A stretch of 64,000 nucleotides of DNA from Eubacteriales bacterium (GCA_045540755.1 JAZQHV010000026.1:2179-66178); one strand, 5' to 3'; counted from the stretch's first letter, positions 48,237-58,229 are shown. Notes: generated from the letters alone by a model not told the origin. Translations and numbers: made by a program.

Positions 48237-48481
48237 GACAAATTATAGGTTGAAGTTGTTTGCGAAAAACCCCTCATCACCCGCTTCGCGGGAGCTTCCC
48301 CCCGGGGGGAAGCTGTTGGTGCGCTGTATTACCTTCCCCCTCGGGGTAGCGAAGCGGCGACGCGGTAGTGAATGACAGTCCGGGGGACTGTCAGAGCCGC
48401 GGCGTGACCGAGCCGCAGCGAGACGGTGTCGCGTTAGCGACGGATGAGGGGTTCCAAGCCCCCTTCAACTTCCAATGTATC
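48237..48481. repeat. Two-site REP cassette I (ATAG ... GGAA)
   Basis: GACAAATTATAGGTT 48237-48251; CCCTCATC doublet with the same 78-nt insert as H; AACTTCCAATGTATC 48467-48481. Confidence 0.87.
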
Positions 48482-48493
48482 GCTTGCTTCGTC

Positions 48494-48946
48494 TTACTTC
48501 TTCCACAAATTCGAATCCATCAAAATGGTGACGGGGCCGTCGGCATGCAAGGTGATCTGCATATCCGCGCCGAAGACGCCGCGCTCGACGGGAACGTCTT
48601 CCGCCGCGAGCTTTTCACAGAAATACTCGTACAGCGGCTCGGCGACCGCGGGGTGTGCCGCACCCGTAAAGGACGGTCGGTTGCCCTTGGCGATATCCGC
48701 GCCGAGGGTGAAATTGGACACGACCAGCACACTGCCGCCGATGTCCTTGACCGACAGATTCATTTTATCGTTTTCATCCGTGAAGATGCGAAGCTTTGCG
48801 ATCTTGGCGGCAAGAATGTCCGCATCCTGCTCACTGTCGCTCGGCACAACGCCGAGCAGTACGAACAACCCCTGTCCGCACTTGCCTGCCTGTGCGCCGT
48901 CGGCGATGACCGAGGCGGAGGCGGCTCTCTGTACAACTGCGATCAT
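48494..48946 (-). CDS. dtd: D-aminoacyl-tRNA deacylase
   Basis: MIAVVQR, LRIF, VSNFTL, KGNRPSF, FGADM, DGPVT. Confidence 0.95.
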   Translation of the reverse strand: MIAVVQRAASASVIADGAQAGKCGQGLFVLLGVVPSDSEQDADILAAKIAKLRIFTDENDKMNLSVKDIGGSVLVVSNFTLGADIAKGNRPSFTGAAHPAVAEPLYEYFCEKLAAEDVPVERGVFGADMQITLHADGPVTILMDSNLWKK

Positions 48947-51147
48947 TTTCCGATACCTCTCGTGACCGAAATTACGCTGGGTACACGTTTCAGTCTTGCA
49001 ACAATGGAATTATAGTGGTCGGTATTCTTACAACCGATGGTGAGATTGACGAGCATATTGTCCTCGCCGCGCTTCTGTGTGTTGATCTGTAGCAGGGAGA
49101 CCTTCATATCCGCGAGCACAGCGGTCACCTCGGCAAGCAGGGTGATCGAGTTTTCGGCATAGAGGATGATGAGTGCCTCGTACACGTCGCCCGTGCTCTC
49201 GGCGGCATCATATTCCCAATGCGCATTGATAAAACGGTCGCGCGACTCGGGATCCGCCTGCCCGCGCAGGACGTTGGGACAGTCGATCTTGTGGATCGAC
49301 ACGCCGAAGCCGCGCGTGATAAAGCCGACGATCGAGTCGCCGGGGAGCGGATTACAGCAGTGTGCAAACTTGGTCATACAGCCTTCCTCGCCGTCCACGA
49401 CGACGCCGCCCGTTGCCTTGACCTTTTTGGGCGAAGACAGTTTGACGTCCTCGGCGACAAGGGGCACGGTGGACGCCGTGACCTTGACCACGCGGTCAAA
49501 TTCGTCGCGAAGCTTGGACGCGATCTTGGAGATGGGCATACCGCCGTAGCCAAGCATGTTGTAGAGGTCGTCCACATTCTGCATGCCCACGCGAGCGGCA
49601 ACGTTTGCGGCGATCTCAGCGCGTTGCTCCGCCGTAAAGGAGCGCCCTGCGCGGCGCAGTTCGCGGTCGATATCCGCCTTGCCGAGCGCGATATTCTCCT
49701 CGCGCTTCTCTTTTTTGAACCACTGGCGGATCTTACTGCGTGCATCACCGGTCTTGACAATGTTCAACCAGTCACGCGAGGGTCCCTTGGATGCCGAAGA
49801 AGTCAGAATTTCGATGATATCGCCCGTTTCGGGTGCACGGTCGATCGGCACGATCATACCGTTGATCTTGGCACCGACCATCTTGTTGCCGACCGCCGAG
49901 TGGATGGCGTAGGCAAAGTCGATACAGGTGGAGCCCTGCGCCAGCACGAGCACGTCGCCCTTGGGGGTGAAAACGTAGGTCTCGTGGCGGAAGATGTCGA
50001 TCTTGAAGGCATCCATAAATTCGTCGGGGTCGCGCGTATCGTCCTCGATGGCGAGCAGGCGGGTGACCCACTGAAGCTTTTCGTCGATGCTCTCGTCTGC
50101 GGTCTCGCCCGACTTGTACTTCCAGTGCGCGGCGATACCGAATTCTGCCACGCGGTGCATCTCAAAGGTGCGGATCTGCACCTCGAACGGGATGCCGCCC
50201 GAGCTCATGACACTGGTGTGCAACGACCGGTAGAGGTTGGGCTTTGGCGTGGAGATATAGTCCTTGAAGCGACCGGGGATGGAGTGGAACATCTCGTGGA
50301 TGAGACCGAGCGCGGTATAGCACTCCAGCTCCGTGTCCACGATAATGCGCAGGGCGTAAAAATCGTAGATCTCGTCAAAGTTCTTGCCCTGCTTTGCCAT
50401 CTTGTTATAGAGCGAATAGGTGGACTTGACACGCCCCTTCAGCTCAAAGTGGATGCCGTTTTCGGTCAGCTTTTTCGCGATCGCGTCGCGGGCAACGTCG
50501 AGCAGCTCGCGCGACTCGCCGTACCGCTCATTGACCTTTGCCTGCACCTCGCCGTAGCCGATCGGATCCAGGTAGGAGAGGCTGAGGTTCTCCAACTCCT
50601 GCTTGATGAGGCTGATACCGAGACGGTGCGCGAGCGGCGCGTAGATATACATGGTCTCCAGCGCAATGGCACGCTGGCGATCCTCCTTCTTTGCGGCAAG
50701 CGTGCGCATATTGTGCAAACGGTCGCAAAGTTTGATAAAGATGACACGGATATCCTTGGACATCGCAAGAAGCATCTTGCGGATGTTTTCGATATTTTGC
50801 TCCTGCTTATCCTCCACGTCGATGAGGACGAGCTTGGTCAGTCCATCCACGAGCAAAGCGACTGCGGCACCGAATTTTTCTTTTAAGATATCGAGATTGG
50901 TCTTATCGGCGCAGTCCTCCACCGTGTCGTGGAGCAGTGCGGCGCAGACCGAGTCGGTGTCAAGCCCGAGCGAAATGACGATCTCGGCAACCGCGACGGG
51001 ATGCGACACGTAGGGCTCGCCGCTCTGGCGCTTTTGCCCCGCGTGCAGTTCGGCGGCGTACCAGAACGCCGCCTCTACCTTTTCGCGGTTATAATTTCTG
51101 CCGCTACCGTCCATAGCGGTCTGCAATTGTTGTAACAGTTTTTCCAT
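48943..51147 (-). CDS. relA: Bifunctional (p)ppGpp synthetase/hydrolase Rel
   Basis: HAGQKRQSGEPY, LHDTVED, RFKDYI, EVQIRT, AHWKYK, TGS and ACT regions. Confidence 0.96.
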   Translation of the reverse strand: MEKLLQQLQTAMDGSGRNYNREKVEAAFWYAAELHAGQKRQSGEPYVSHPVAVAEIVISLGLDTDSVCAALLHDTVEDCADKTNLDILKEKFGAAVALLVDGLTKLVLIDVEDKQEQNIENIRKMLLAMSKDIRVIFIKLCDRLHNMRTLAAKKEDRQRAIALETMYIYAPLAHRLGISLIKQELENLSLSYLDPIGYGEVQAKVNERYGESRELLDVARDAIAKKLTENGIHFELKGRVKSTYSLYNKMAKQGKNFDEIYDFYALRIIVDTELECYTALGLIHEMFHSIPGRFKDYISTPKPNLYRSLHTSVMSSGGIPFEVQIRTFEMHRVAEFGIAAHWKYKSGETADESIDEKLQWVTRLLAIEDDTRDPDEFMDAFKIDIFRHETYVFTPKGDVLVLAQGSTCIDFAYAIHSAVGNKMVGAKINGMIVPIDRAPETGDIIEILTSSASKGPSRDWLNIVKTGDARSKIRQWFKKEKREENIALGKADIDRELRRAGRSFTAEQRAEIAANVAARVGMQNVDDLYNMLGYGGMPISKIASKLRDEFDRVVKVTASTVPLVAEDVKLSSPKKVKATGGVVVDGEEGCMTKFAHCCNPLPGDSIVGFITRGFGVSIHKIDCPNVLRGQADPESRDRFINAHWEYDAAESTGDVYEALIILYAENSITLLAEVTAVLADMKVSLLQINTQKRGEDNMLVNLTIGCKNTDHYNSIVARLKRVPSVISVTRGIGK

Positions 51148-51177
51148 AGTTTCCTCTGTATACGGGAAATTTGTGCC

Positions 51178-53313
51178 TTACCCTTTACGCATGCCCAAGC
51201 GAAGCTTGCGTAAGATCGCGGATTTTTCAAGGTCGGTGTGCTTTTGCTGATAGTGGACGTGGAAGGCATACTTCTCCTCCCCCGTTTCCTCCATGCCGAC
51301 AAGATTCATTTCAAGGAGGACGTTCAGAATGATCCGCAGCTTTATGTACCCGATCTCTTCTAAAATGTCATCGCGCATGAGCATCTCGCGCACGGCAAAT
51401 TCCTCCTCGCCAAAGCGCGCGCGGCGGCGGATAAAGTTGTATACCGCGGCAAAGTCCTCGCGCACGGGAAGCTCGCTTTCGGTGATAGGCGCACCCGCGC
51501 GGATCTCGGCGTAGCGTGCCTGCGATGCGACGTAGGCATCGAGACTGCTCTCGGAGAGGCGGATGTCACGCACGATAAGCTGTGCGGTCTTCTGCCCGCC
51601 GAATTCGTTGATGTCCATGGTGGCAAAAATGTCCACAAGATCGCCCGTGTAGACCTCACACTCCTTCGGAGAACGCGAGAAATACATTGCGGTGAGCGGC
51701 TGCATGCCCTCCCGCGCAAGCAGGATCTTGGTGTGCTTACCGAAGCTGATGGGCTGGATCTCGGAAATGCGTACCGAACGGAGAATAAACGAGGGCACGG
51801 GGTTGGAAACGCCGTACGGCTCGAGCAGACGCAACTCCTCTGCGTTCTGCATATTGACCTCGGATGCCTCGATGGCAAAATCGGCATCCAGGGTGGGAAC
51901 GAGGTCCTCGTGCGAGAAATTCTCGCGGGCATAGTCGTTGATCTTTTCGCGGAAGGCGTCGATATTCTCGCGGCGCACGCTGAGACCTGCGGCAAGCTCG
52001 TGACCGCCGAATTTTTCGAGCAGGTCACTGCAATGCACGAGCGCGTTGACAAGGTTCAGCCCCTTGACCGAGCGGCCACTGCCCTTGCCGATGTCGATAT
52101 TGCCGTCGCTCTGCGCGCCGTCAAACGAGATGAGGATCGAGGGCAGACCGTACTTTTCGGTGATGCGGGAAGCCACGATCCCGATAACGCCGTGGTGCCA
52201 TGCGTCCGCCTCGAGCACGATGACGGGATCGCGCGCAAAGTCGTGGCTTGCCTCGATGCGGGCATATGCCTCCTGCGCGATACGGTTTTCCTCGGTCTGG
52301 CGCTCGCGGTTGATGTCACAAAGACGCGCGGCAAGCGTGTCTGCCTTCTCACGGGAATCGGTAAGGAAAAGTTCTACCGCCTGACTTGCCGAGCTGATAC
52401 GGCCCGCCGCGTTAATGCGCGGCGCAAGCGTGTAGCCGATAAAACCGGAGGTGATCTTCGGCGGGCGGCTGCTTCGCGAGCCGTCAGGCTTACGGGAGAC
52501 CGCCTCACAAAGTGCGGAGAGACCCATGCGCGTGGAGGTCTCCATCTTGTGGAGACCGTACGCCACGATAAGACGGTTTTCGTCCTTGATAGGCATTACG
52601 TCCGCAATGGTGCCGATGGCGACCAGATCCGCATACTCGTCGCAGATACGGCGCACCGCCTCCTGCTCGGAGATCCCGTGATGTGCCGTCTCAAAAGCGC
52701 AGAGCAGTTTAAAGACCACGCCGACGCCCGCAAGTTCCTTGAAGGGATAATCACAGTCGGGACGGCGGGGATTGACGACCGCCGAAGCATCCGGCAAGTC
52801 GCCGTGGCACTCGTGGTGGTCGGTGACAACAACGTCCACGCCGCGCGCTGTCGCATGTGCGACCTCGGCGTTTGCCGTGATGCCCGTATCCACGGTGATG
52901 ATGAGGTTTGCCCCCTCTTCGATGAGGTGATCGACCGAGCCCTCGCTCATGCCGTAGCCCTCGCCGATGCGATTGGGGATGTAGTAGCCGACGTCGGCGC
53001 CGGGCGCCGCAAGATAAAGGTACAGGATGCTGACCGAGGTCACGCCGTCTACGTCGTAGTCGCCGTAAATGACGATGCGCTCCTTACGCGCAAGCGCCGC
53101 TTCAATACGGGCGACCGCCTTTTCCATGTCGCGGAGAAGCATGGGCGAGTGGAGGAGCTCCTCCTCCATGCGAAGAAATCGCTTCGCCGCCTCCGGCGTG
53201 GTGTAGCCGCGGTTGCACAAAAGCCCTGCGGCAAGCGTACCCACGCCGAGGGCGCGGGCAAGCGCCTCGGTGTCGCCGTCGCGCACGCCGAGGATGTTCC
53301 ATTTTTTCTGCAT
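51178..53313 (-). CDS. recJ: Single-stranded DNA exonuclease RecJ
   Basis: YGDYDVDG, TDHH, GTIADV, PRINAAGR, GGHELAAG; ATG 53313. Confidence 0.95.
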   Translation of the reverse strand: MQKKWNILGVRDGDTEALARALGVGTLAAGLLCNRGYTTPEAAKRFLRMEEELLHSPMLLRDMEKAVARIEAALARKERIVIYGDYDVDGVTSVSILYLYLAAPGADVGYYIPNRIGEGYGMSEGSVDHLIEEGANLIITVDTGITANAEVAHATARGVDVVVTDHHECHGDLPDASAVVNPRRPDCDYPFKELAGVGVVFKLLCAFETAHHGISEQEAVRRICDEYADLVAIGTIADVMPIKDENRLIVAYGLHKMETSTRMGLSALCEAVSRKPDGSRSSRPPKITSGFIGYTLAPRINAAGRISSASQAVELFLTDSREKADTLAARLCDINRERQTEENRIAQEAYARIEASHDFARDPVIVLEADAWHHGVIGIVASRITEKYGLPSILISFDGAQSDGNIDIGKGSGRSVKGLNLVNALVHCSDLLEKFGGHELAAGLSVRRENIDAFREKINDYARENFSHEDLVPTLDADFAIEASEVNMQNAEELRLLEPYGVSNPVPSFILRSVRISEIQPISFGKHTKILLAREGMQPLTAMYFSRSPKECEVYTGDLVDIFATMDINEFGGQKTAQLIVRDIRLSESSLDAYVASQARYAEIRAGAPITESELPVREDFAAVYNFIRRRARFGEEEFAVREMLMRDDILEEIGYIKLRIILNVLLEMNLVGMEETGEEKYAFHVHYQQKHTDLEKSAILRKLRLGMRKG

Positions 53314-53397
53314 TTTGATATATCTCCAATTTTTAATAATAAACGAATGTAAGCGGTACTGATGCAACCGCGAACGCAATATAAACAGTCCGGTGCC

Positions 53398-53442
53398 AAT
53401 CCCTCACCCGCTCCGCGGGAGCTCCCTTTACACAAGGGAGCC
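53398..53442. repeat. Solo REP unit without recognisable flanking sites
   Basis: AATCCCTCACCCGCTCCGCGGGAGCTCCCTTTACACAAGGGAGCC, same family as cargo of D and G. Confidence 0.75.
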
Positions 53443-53472
53443 TTTGCAGAGGACACCTTTTCTCATATCTTC

Positions 53473-53527
53473 TTTTTCAAAAGTTTTTGAGGGGCGTGGG
53501 GGACTTTTTTGAGGAAGTCCCCCACAT
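53473..53527. repeat. Second hairpin repeat family copy (opposite orientation)
   Basis: Reverse complement ATGTGGGGGACTT-loop-AAGTCCCCCACGCCCCTCAAAAACTTTTGAAAAA. Confidence 0.5.
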
Positions 53528-53538
53528 AACGCGTCCCC

Positions 53539-55131
53539 TCACTCCATCGGTTTGAACTTTGCGATGATCTTTTCGGCGATCTTGATGCCGTCAACGGCGG
53601 CAGAGGTGATGCCGCCTGCGTATCCCGCGCCTTCACCGCCGGGATAGATGTCGTTTTCTCCCGCAATGGCGAGATCCTCGCCGCGCAGGATGCGCACGGG
53701 TGCGCTGGTACGTGTTTCCACGCCCGAAAGCAGAGCGTCCGCCGCGTCAAAGCCACGTATCTTTCTGCCAAAATCCGAAAGTCCGTCGGCAAGCGTGTCG
53801 CCGAGCGCTTTCGGAAAGAGCGCGCGCAGGTTGGCGCCGCGCACTCTGCCGCCCATATAGGTCGGCTCGACTCTGCCGAGGGTGGTAAACGGTCGGTCGG
53901 CAAGAAAATCTCCGACCGTGGCGATCGGTGCGGCATAATCGCCGCCGCCCGCCGTGAACGCCGCACGTTCTAAGGTGCGCTGAAACTCGATCGCCGCCGC
54001 GGGGGTGTCGCCAAAATCACTGCGGAAGACCGAAACGCATACGGCACTGTTGGAATTGCGCCCGTCTCTTGCAAAGCGGCTCATGCCGTTGACGCAAAGG
54101 CCGCCGCGCTCGGAAGCGCCCGCAACGACCTCGCCGCCCGGGCACATACAAAAGGTATATACGCCGCGCGCCTTGGTATTATACGAAAGATTGTACTCGG
54201 CGTACGGGAGCTTTTCATGTCCCGCAAAATCGCCGTACAAAGCGGTATCTATGTCTTTTTTCAGGTGCTCCACGCGCAGTCCCACCGAAAAGTCCTTGGC
54301 GACGACGTCGGTGCCGCGATCGAGCAGCATTTGATAGGTATCCCTCGCGCTGTGCCCGATGGCAAGCACCGTTGCCGATGCCGCTACATCGCCGCGGTCG
54401 GTATGCAGGGTGCGCACGCCGTTTTTATACGCGCCAAAGCCCGTAAAGCGGGTGCGGTAGCGGATCTCACCGCCAAGGCGCTCGATCTCGGCGGCGGCGT
54501 TTGCCACGACGGTGCGGAGCACGTCGGTGCCGATATGGGGCTTTGCGAGAAGCAGGATCTCGGCGGGTGCGCCGAGCGCCGCCAGCGTCTCCAGCACGTA
54601 AGCACAGCGGCTGTCATGGATGCGCGTGACGAGCTTGCCGTCCGAAAACGTACCCGCGCCGCCCGCGCCGAACTGAATATTGGAATTTTCGTCAAGGTCG
54701 CCGCCTGCATAAAAGGCATCGACCGCGCGCACGCGCGCATCGACCGCGTCGCCACGCTCGAGCACGAGGGGGCAGTAGCCCTCTTTCGCGAGGAGCAGCG
54801 CCGCAAACATGCCGCAGGGACCGAAGCCGACCACCACGGGGCGCTCTGCCATGGGCGCGTCGCCGTGAGAAAGCGTGAGCGATGCGGATGCCGCCGTTTG
54901 CAAGCGCAGTTTTTCCACCGTCTCCTTTTTCAGCGTGTACGCGGTCGCAAAGCGTACGGCGTACACAAGGCGGACGTCCCGCTTGTCACGGGCATCCACC
55001 GAGCGGCGGTAGACCGAAAGTTGCTCCGCACGCACGCCTGCACGGCGGAGCTTTTTTGCGGCGAGTGCGACTGCCTCCGCCGCGTCCGCGTCGGGAGACA
55101 GTGCGATGCCGCCGATCACATACTGATTCAT
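53539..55131 (-). CDS. NAD(P)/FAD-dependent oxidoreductase
   Basis: VVGFGPCG, GGAGTFSDGKL, FCMCPGG, ETRTSAP, GEGAGYAGGITSAAVDG. Confidence 0.9.
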   Translation of the reverse strand: MNQYVIGGIALSPDADAAEAVALAAKKLRRAGVRAEQLSVYRRSVDARDKRDVRLVYAVRFATAYTLKKETVEKLRLQTAASASLTLSHGDAPMAERPVVVGFGPCGMFAALLLAKEGYCPLVLERGDAVDARVRAVDAFYAGGDLDENSNIQFGAGGAGTFSDGKLVTRIHDSRCAYVLETLAALGAPAEILLLAKPHIGTDVLRTVVANAAAEIERLGGEIRYRTRFTGFGAYKNGVRTLHTDRGDVAASATVLAIGHSARDTYQMLLDRGTDVVAKDFSVGLRVEHLKKDIDTALYGDFAGHEKLPYAEYNLSYNTKARGVYTFCMCPGGEVVAGASERGGLCVNGMSRFARDGRNSNSAVCVSVFRSDFGDTPAAAIEFQRTLERAAFTAGGGDYAAPIATVGDFLADRPFTTLGRVEPTYMGGRVRGANLRALFPKALGDTLADGLSDFGRKIRGFDAADALLSGVETRTSAPVRILRGEDLAIAGENDIYPGGEGAGYAGGITSAAVDGIKIAEKIIAKFKPME

Positions 55132-56375
55132 TGTCCGATATTCACCGTCAGCGTGTAGTCCCCGATGGGATATACGCTGTCCTTATAGCGGGTGGGAACA
55201 CGCACGGTGAGCGGCATCTGTACCACGCCGCGCACACCGCTGTAGGCAAGTTCGCCCACGACCGAAAAGTCGGCGGAGACCAGCGTGTCGGCAAGCTCGG
55301 TCGGCACGCGGAAGGTCACGTTGACCGTCTCGGTCGCCGCGCTGTATTCAAGATCGTTGGGGTTCTCCACACGAATGTTGTAAACGGCGAGCGTCTTTTT
55401 CACCGTGCCCTTATGACGCACCGAGATGGACGCCGTTTCGGTGCCGCTGACGTTCTCCACGCCCTCGGGCAGAGTGATCTGCACGATCTGGGTGATGTTA
55501 TCGCCGATCTTCGTCTCGTCCAGCGTTGCCACCGCAAGGGAGGTCACACCCTCAAGCACCTTGGGGTCGGCACGCACGGTCAGCGTTTCGGGCACGACCT
55601 TGATCTCGGAATTGCCCTCGTGCAGATAGCCGTTCTTCATCGCCACGGTGATGGGGAGCGCGCGCTCCACGTATACAGGCACGGTCACGCCGACCGAGCT
55701 CTGTGAAAGCACAAGATAGGGGTTGTCGATCACCGAGCCGTCCTCTGTGACCACGCGGAGCGAGCCGCGGGCGGTAAGGCTGGTGGTCACGGTGCCGAGC
55801 GCAAGGTCCACGACCGCCTCTTCGGCGGCGTCGATGACCGAGACGGGACCGCTGACCGTAACGGTGGAAACGTCGGGCAGGATCGCACCGAGCGAGATCT
55901 CCTGATCGTACTGCACCGAGGTCACGTTGACCTTGACGGGGATGGTCTTGGTGGAGAGTTCATCCACGTACACCTCGACGGAGGCGGGGCGCACGGTCTG
56001 GAGCACACAACCGTCCGGCGTGGAGACCGAAATGCGCAGAGAATGACGCCCGGGCGCGGTAATACCGCTGACGTCCACGCTTGCCACGATGTCGTCGAGC
56101 GAATAGGAGATGACGTCGCTCTTTTTGCCCGTGACGGTGATGTCGGTGAGATTGCCGTAGCCCTGAATGACCGAGAGATCCTTTTCGGTGGTGAGAAGCG
56201 CCGCGTTTTCGACCGCGACGGTCACGCCCGAGAAGGTACGCTCGTAGTCGGGACTGTTGTTGGACATGACGTACAGCCAGAGCAAGAACGCCACGACCAC
56301 GCACAGAATGCGCGGCACGAGGTCGGTGACACGCAGACGGTCACGCACGGTCTCATTCGTTTTCGTTTTTGCCAT
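55128..56375 (-). CDS. cdaR: CdaR/YbbR-like domain protein
   Basis: TM (AFLLWLYV) then repeated YbbR-like units (VTVSGP); directly after cdaA; ATG 56375. Confidence 0.85.
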   Translation of the reverse strand: MAKTKTNETVRDRLRVTDLVPRILCVVVAFLLWLYVMSNNSPDYERTFSGVTVAVENAALLTTEKDLSVIQGYGNLTDITVTGKKSDVISYSLDDIVASVDVSGITAPGRHSLRISVSTPDGCVLQTVRPASVEVYVDELSTKTIPVKVNVTSVQYDQEISLGAILPDVSTVTVSGPVSVIDAAEEAVVDLALGTVTTSLTARGSLRVVTEDGSVIDNPYLVLSQSSVGVTVPVYVERALPITVAMKNGYLHEGNSEIKVVPETLTVRADPKVLEGVTSLAVATLDETKIGDNITQIVQITLPEGVENVSGTETASISVRHKGTVKKTLAVYNIRVENPNDLEYSAATETVNVTFRVPTELADTLVSADFSVVGELAYSGVRGVVQMPLTVRVPTRYKDSVYPIGDYTLTVNIGQ

Positions 56376-57246
56376 TGTCTGCGCCTCCCTTCTTATCTTT
56401 TCTCTTGCCCTTGCGTTTCTTTTTGCCCTCCAGATCGCCGAGAAGCTGATCGGTGAGCGCCTTTCGCAACGTGGTATAGTTCTGTCCGCCGAGCATCTCG
56501 CCGCCGATGCAGAGCGAGATCTCGCCCGTCTCCTCGGAAACGACGATGACGATCGCGTCGCTGACCTCACTCATGCCGACGCCCGCGCGGTGGCGCGTGC
56601 CCTTGTCGGCGCTGATACGGCTGTTCTGCGTCAACGGGAGAAAACAACCCGCCGCCGCGAGGCGGTAGTCCGAAATGATGACCGCACCGTCGTGCAGTGC
56701 CGCCTTATTGAAAAAGATGTTGCGGAGCAGGTTCTGCGAAACGACGGCGTCGATGCGGACGCCCGTTTTCATGATGTCGCCGAGCTTGGTCGAGCGTTCG
56801 ATGACGATGAGCGCTCCCGTGCGGTCACGGGACATCTCGCCTGCCGCAATGCAGATATCGTCGATCACGGCGGTGCGTTCGGCGATCTCCTTGGGCTCTG
56901 TAAAATTCTTCAGCGTGCGCAGAGGGTCGGCACCCACTCTTTCCAGTGCCGCACGCAGTTCGGGCTGAAAGAGGATAACGAGTGCCAGCAGTCCGATCTG
57001 GAAGAAATTTTCAAACAGAAAGCTGATCGCATGCATCTCCAGAAGTGCGGCAAACGCATACAGAACGACCAAAAGTCCGAGACCGAAGGCGAGCTTGCCT
57101 GCGCGGCGCTCGCGGATAAAACGGTAGACGTAATACAGCAAAACCGCAAGAAGCGCGATATCGAGCACGTCCACAAAGGACATAGCCGCGATCTGCGCGC
57201 CGAGTTTGCCGAAAAAGGCTCCGAGGTATTGTAAAATTGTCTGCAC
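56353..57246 (-). CDS. cdaA: Diadenylate cyclase CdaA
   Basis: 3 TM, FQPELR, GALIVIER, LHDGA, GTRHRA, VSEETG; GTG 57246 after GGAGG. Confidence 0.95.
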   Translation of the reverse strand: MQTILQYLGAFFGKLGAQIAAMSFVDVLDIALLAVLLYYVYRFIRERRAGKLAFGLGLLVVLYAFAALLEMHAISFLFENFFQIGLLALVILFQPELRAALERVGADPLRTLKNFTEPKEIAERTAVIDDICIAAGEMSRDRTGALIVIERSTKLGDIMKTGVRIDAVVSQNLLRNIFFNKAALHDGAVIISDYRLAAAGCFLPLTQNSRISADKGTRHRAGVGMSEVSDAIVIVVSEETGEISLCIGGEMLGGQNYTTLRKALTDQLLGDLEGKKKRKGKRKDKKGGADNGKNENE

Positions 57247-57322
57247 GGTCTGCACCTCCGAAAACGATTTTTGCCTTACGCGCACGCGCGTATGTGCGCG
57301 TGGGAATATGTATGCGAATTAT

Positions 57323-57351
57323 ATTATAACATAGCAACTGCCGCTATACAA
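57323..57351 (-). promoter_or_regulatory. Sigma-A promoter of cdaA operon
   Basis: TTGTAT-17bp-(TGt)TATAAT. Confidence 0.7.
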
Positions 57352-57453
57352 GCGGAAATTTCGGGAATTTTCATAAAATTCACACAAAAGTGTGGCATAT
57401 GCAAAAATTTCATGCTATACTGTATGTTGAAAAGTTATGTTCGGAGGCCGAAA

Positions 57454-58221
57454 GTGACAAACTGCTTCGACGGAAAAATTGCATATGCGCGCTACGGCAA
57501 CGGGGAGCAACTGCTCGTCATCCTCCACGGTTGGGGCTGTAACAAAGAGCTGTTTGCCACAGTGGCAGAGCACCTTGCGACGCGCTACACAGTGGTCGTT
57601 CCCGACCTGCCGGGGTTTGGCGAAAGCCCCGAACCGCCCGTTCCCTACTCGGTGGGAGACTGCGCGGAGCTGATCGTTGAATTTATAAAAAGTTTAGGTT
57701 TTGACCGTGTTTCCCTTCTCGGACATTCCTACGGCGGGCGCGTCATCATCAAGCTGTTTTCACGCGGCGCTCTTCCCTTTACGGTAGAAAGGATCGTGCT
57801 GACCGACGCCGCGGGCATCCGCCCGAAAAAGAGCATCGGGCAACGGCTCTCGCTCCTTTGCTACAAATGCGGACGGCGTATTTTGTCCCTGCCGCCGCTG
57901 CAAAAGCTCTTTCCGGACGCCATCGAAAACTGGCGGAAGAAACGAGGCAGTGCCGACTTCAATCAGGCAAGCGAGATCATGAAAAAAACGCTGGTCCTCG
58001 CGGTGAACGAGGATCTGACGCCTTGTTTAAAAAATATCACTGCACCCACCCTGCTGTTTTGGGGGGACCGCGACGATGCTACCCCTCTTTCCGACGCAAA
58101 GATCATGGAGAAAAAGATCCCCGATGCAGGACTCGTGGTGCTAAACGGCGGTACGCATTATGCGTTTCTTGAAAACACGCCCTATTTTCTGCGCGTGCTC
58201 GATGCATTTTTGAATGGATGA
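57454..58221 (+). CDS. Alpha/beta fold hydrolase
   Basis: LHGWG, DLPGFG, GHSYGG, WGDRDDATP, GTHYAF; GTG 57454 after GGAGG. Confidence 0.92.
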   Translation: MTNCFDGKIAYARYGNGEQLLVILHGWGCNKELFATVAEHLATRYTVVVPDLPGFGESPEPPVPYSVGDCAELIVEFIKSLGFDRVSLLGHSYGGRVIIKLFSRGALPFTVERIVLTDAAGIRPKKSIGQRLSLLCYKCGRRILSLPPLQKLFPDAIENWRKKRGSADFNQASEIMKKTLVLAVNEDLTPCLKNITAPTLLFWGDRDDATPLSDAKIMEKKIPDAGLVVLNGGTHYAFLENTPYFLRVLDAFLNG

Positions 58222-58229
58222 GGACCAAC

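Noticed and set aside
41779-48965. Small ORFs over the REP elements (41779..42078, 48368..49015, 48444..48965; also 21782..22057, 33905..34126, 38530..39066)
   Set aside because: Shared peptides such as FPPGGKLSPKVTDEG are translations of the palindromic repeat, not genes.
53321-53334. TATCTCCAATTTTT as a GGAA-type site
   Set aside because: Better explained as the recJ ribosome-binding site (TTGGAG); poor match and wrong orientation relative to the nearby REP.
2517-55158. Long antisense ORFs (e.g. 2517..3740, 6788..8773, 12103..14388, 20209..21993, 34921..36960, 49219..50886, 51733..53352)
   Set aside because: Shadows of well-supported genes in GC-rich DNA; no motifs or RBS of their own.
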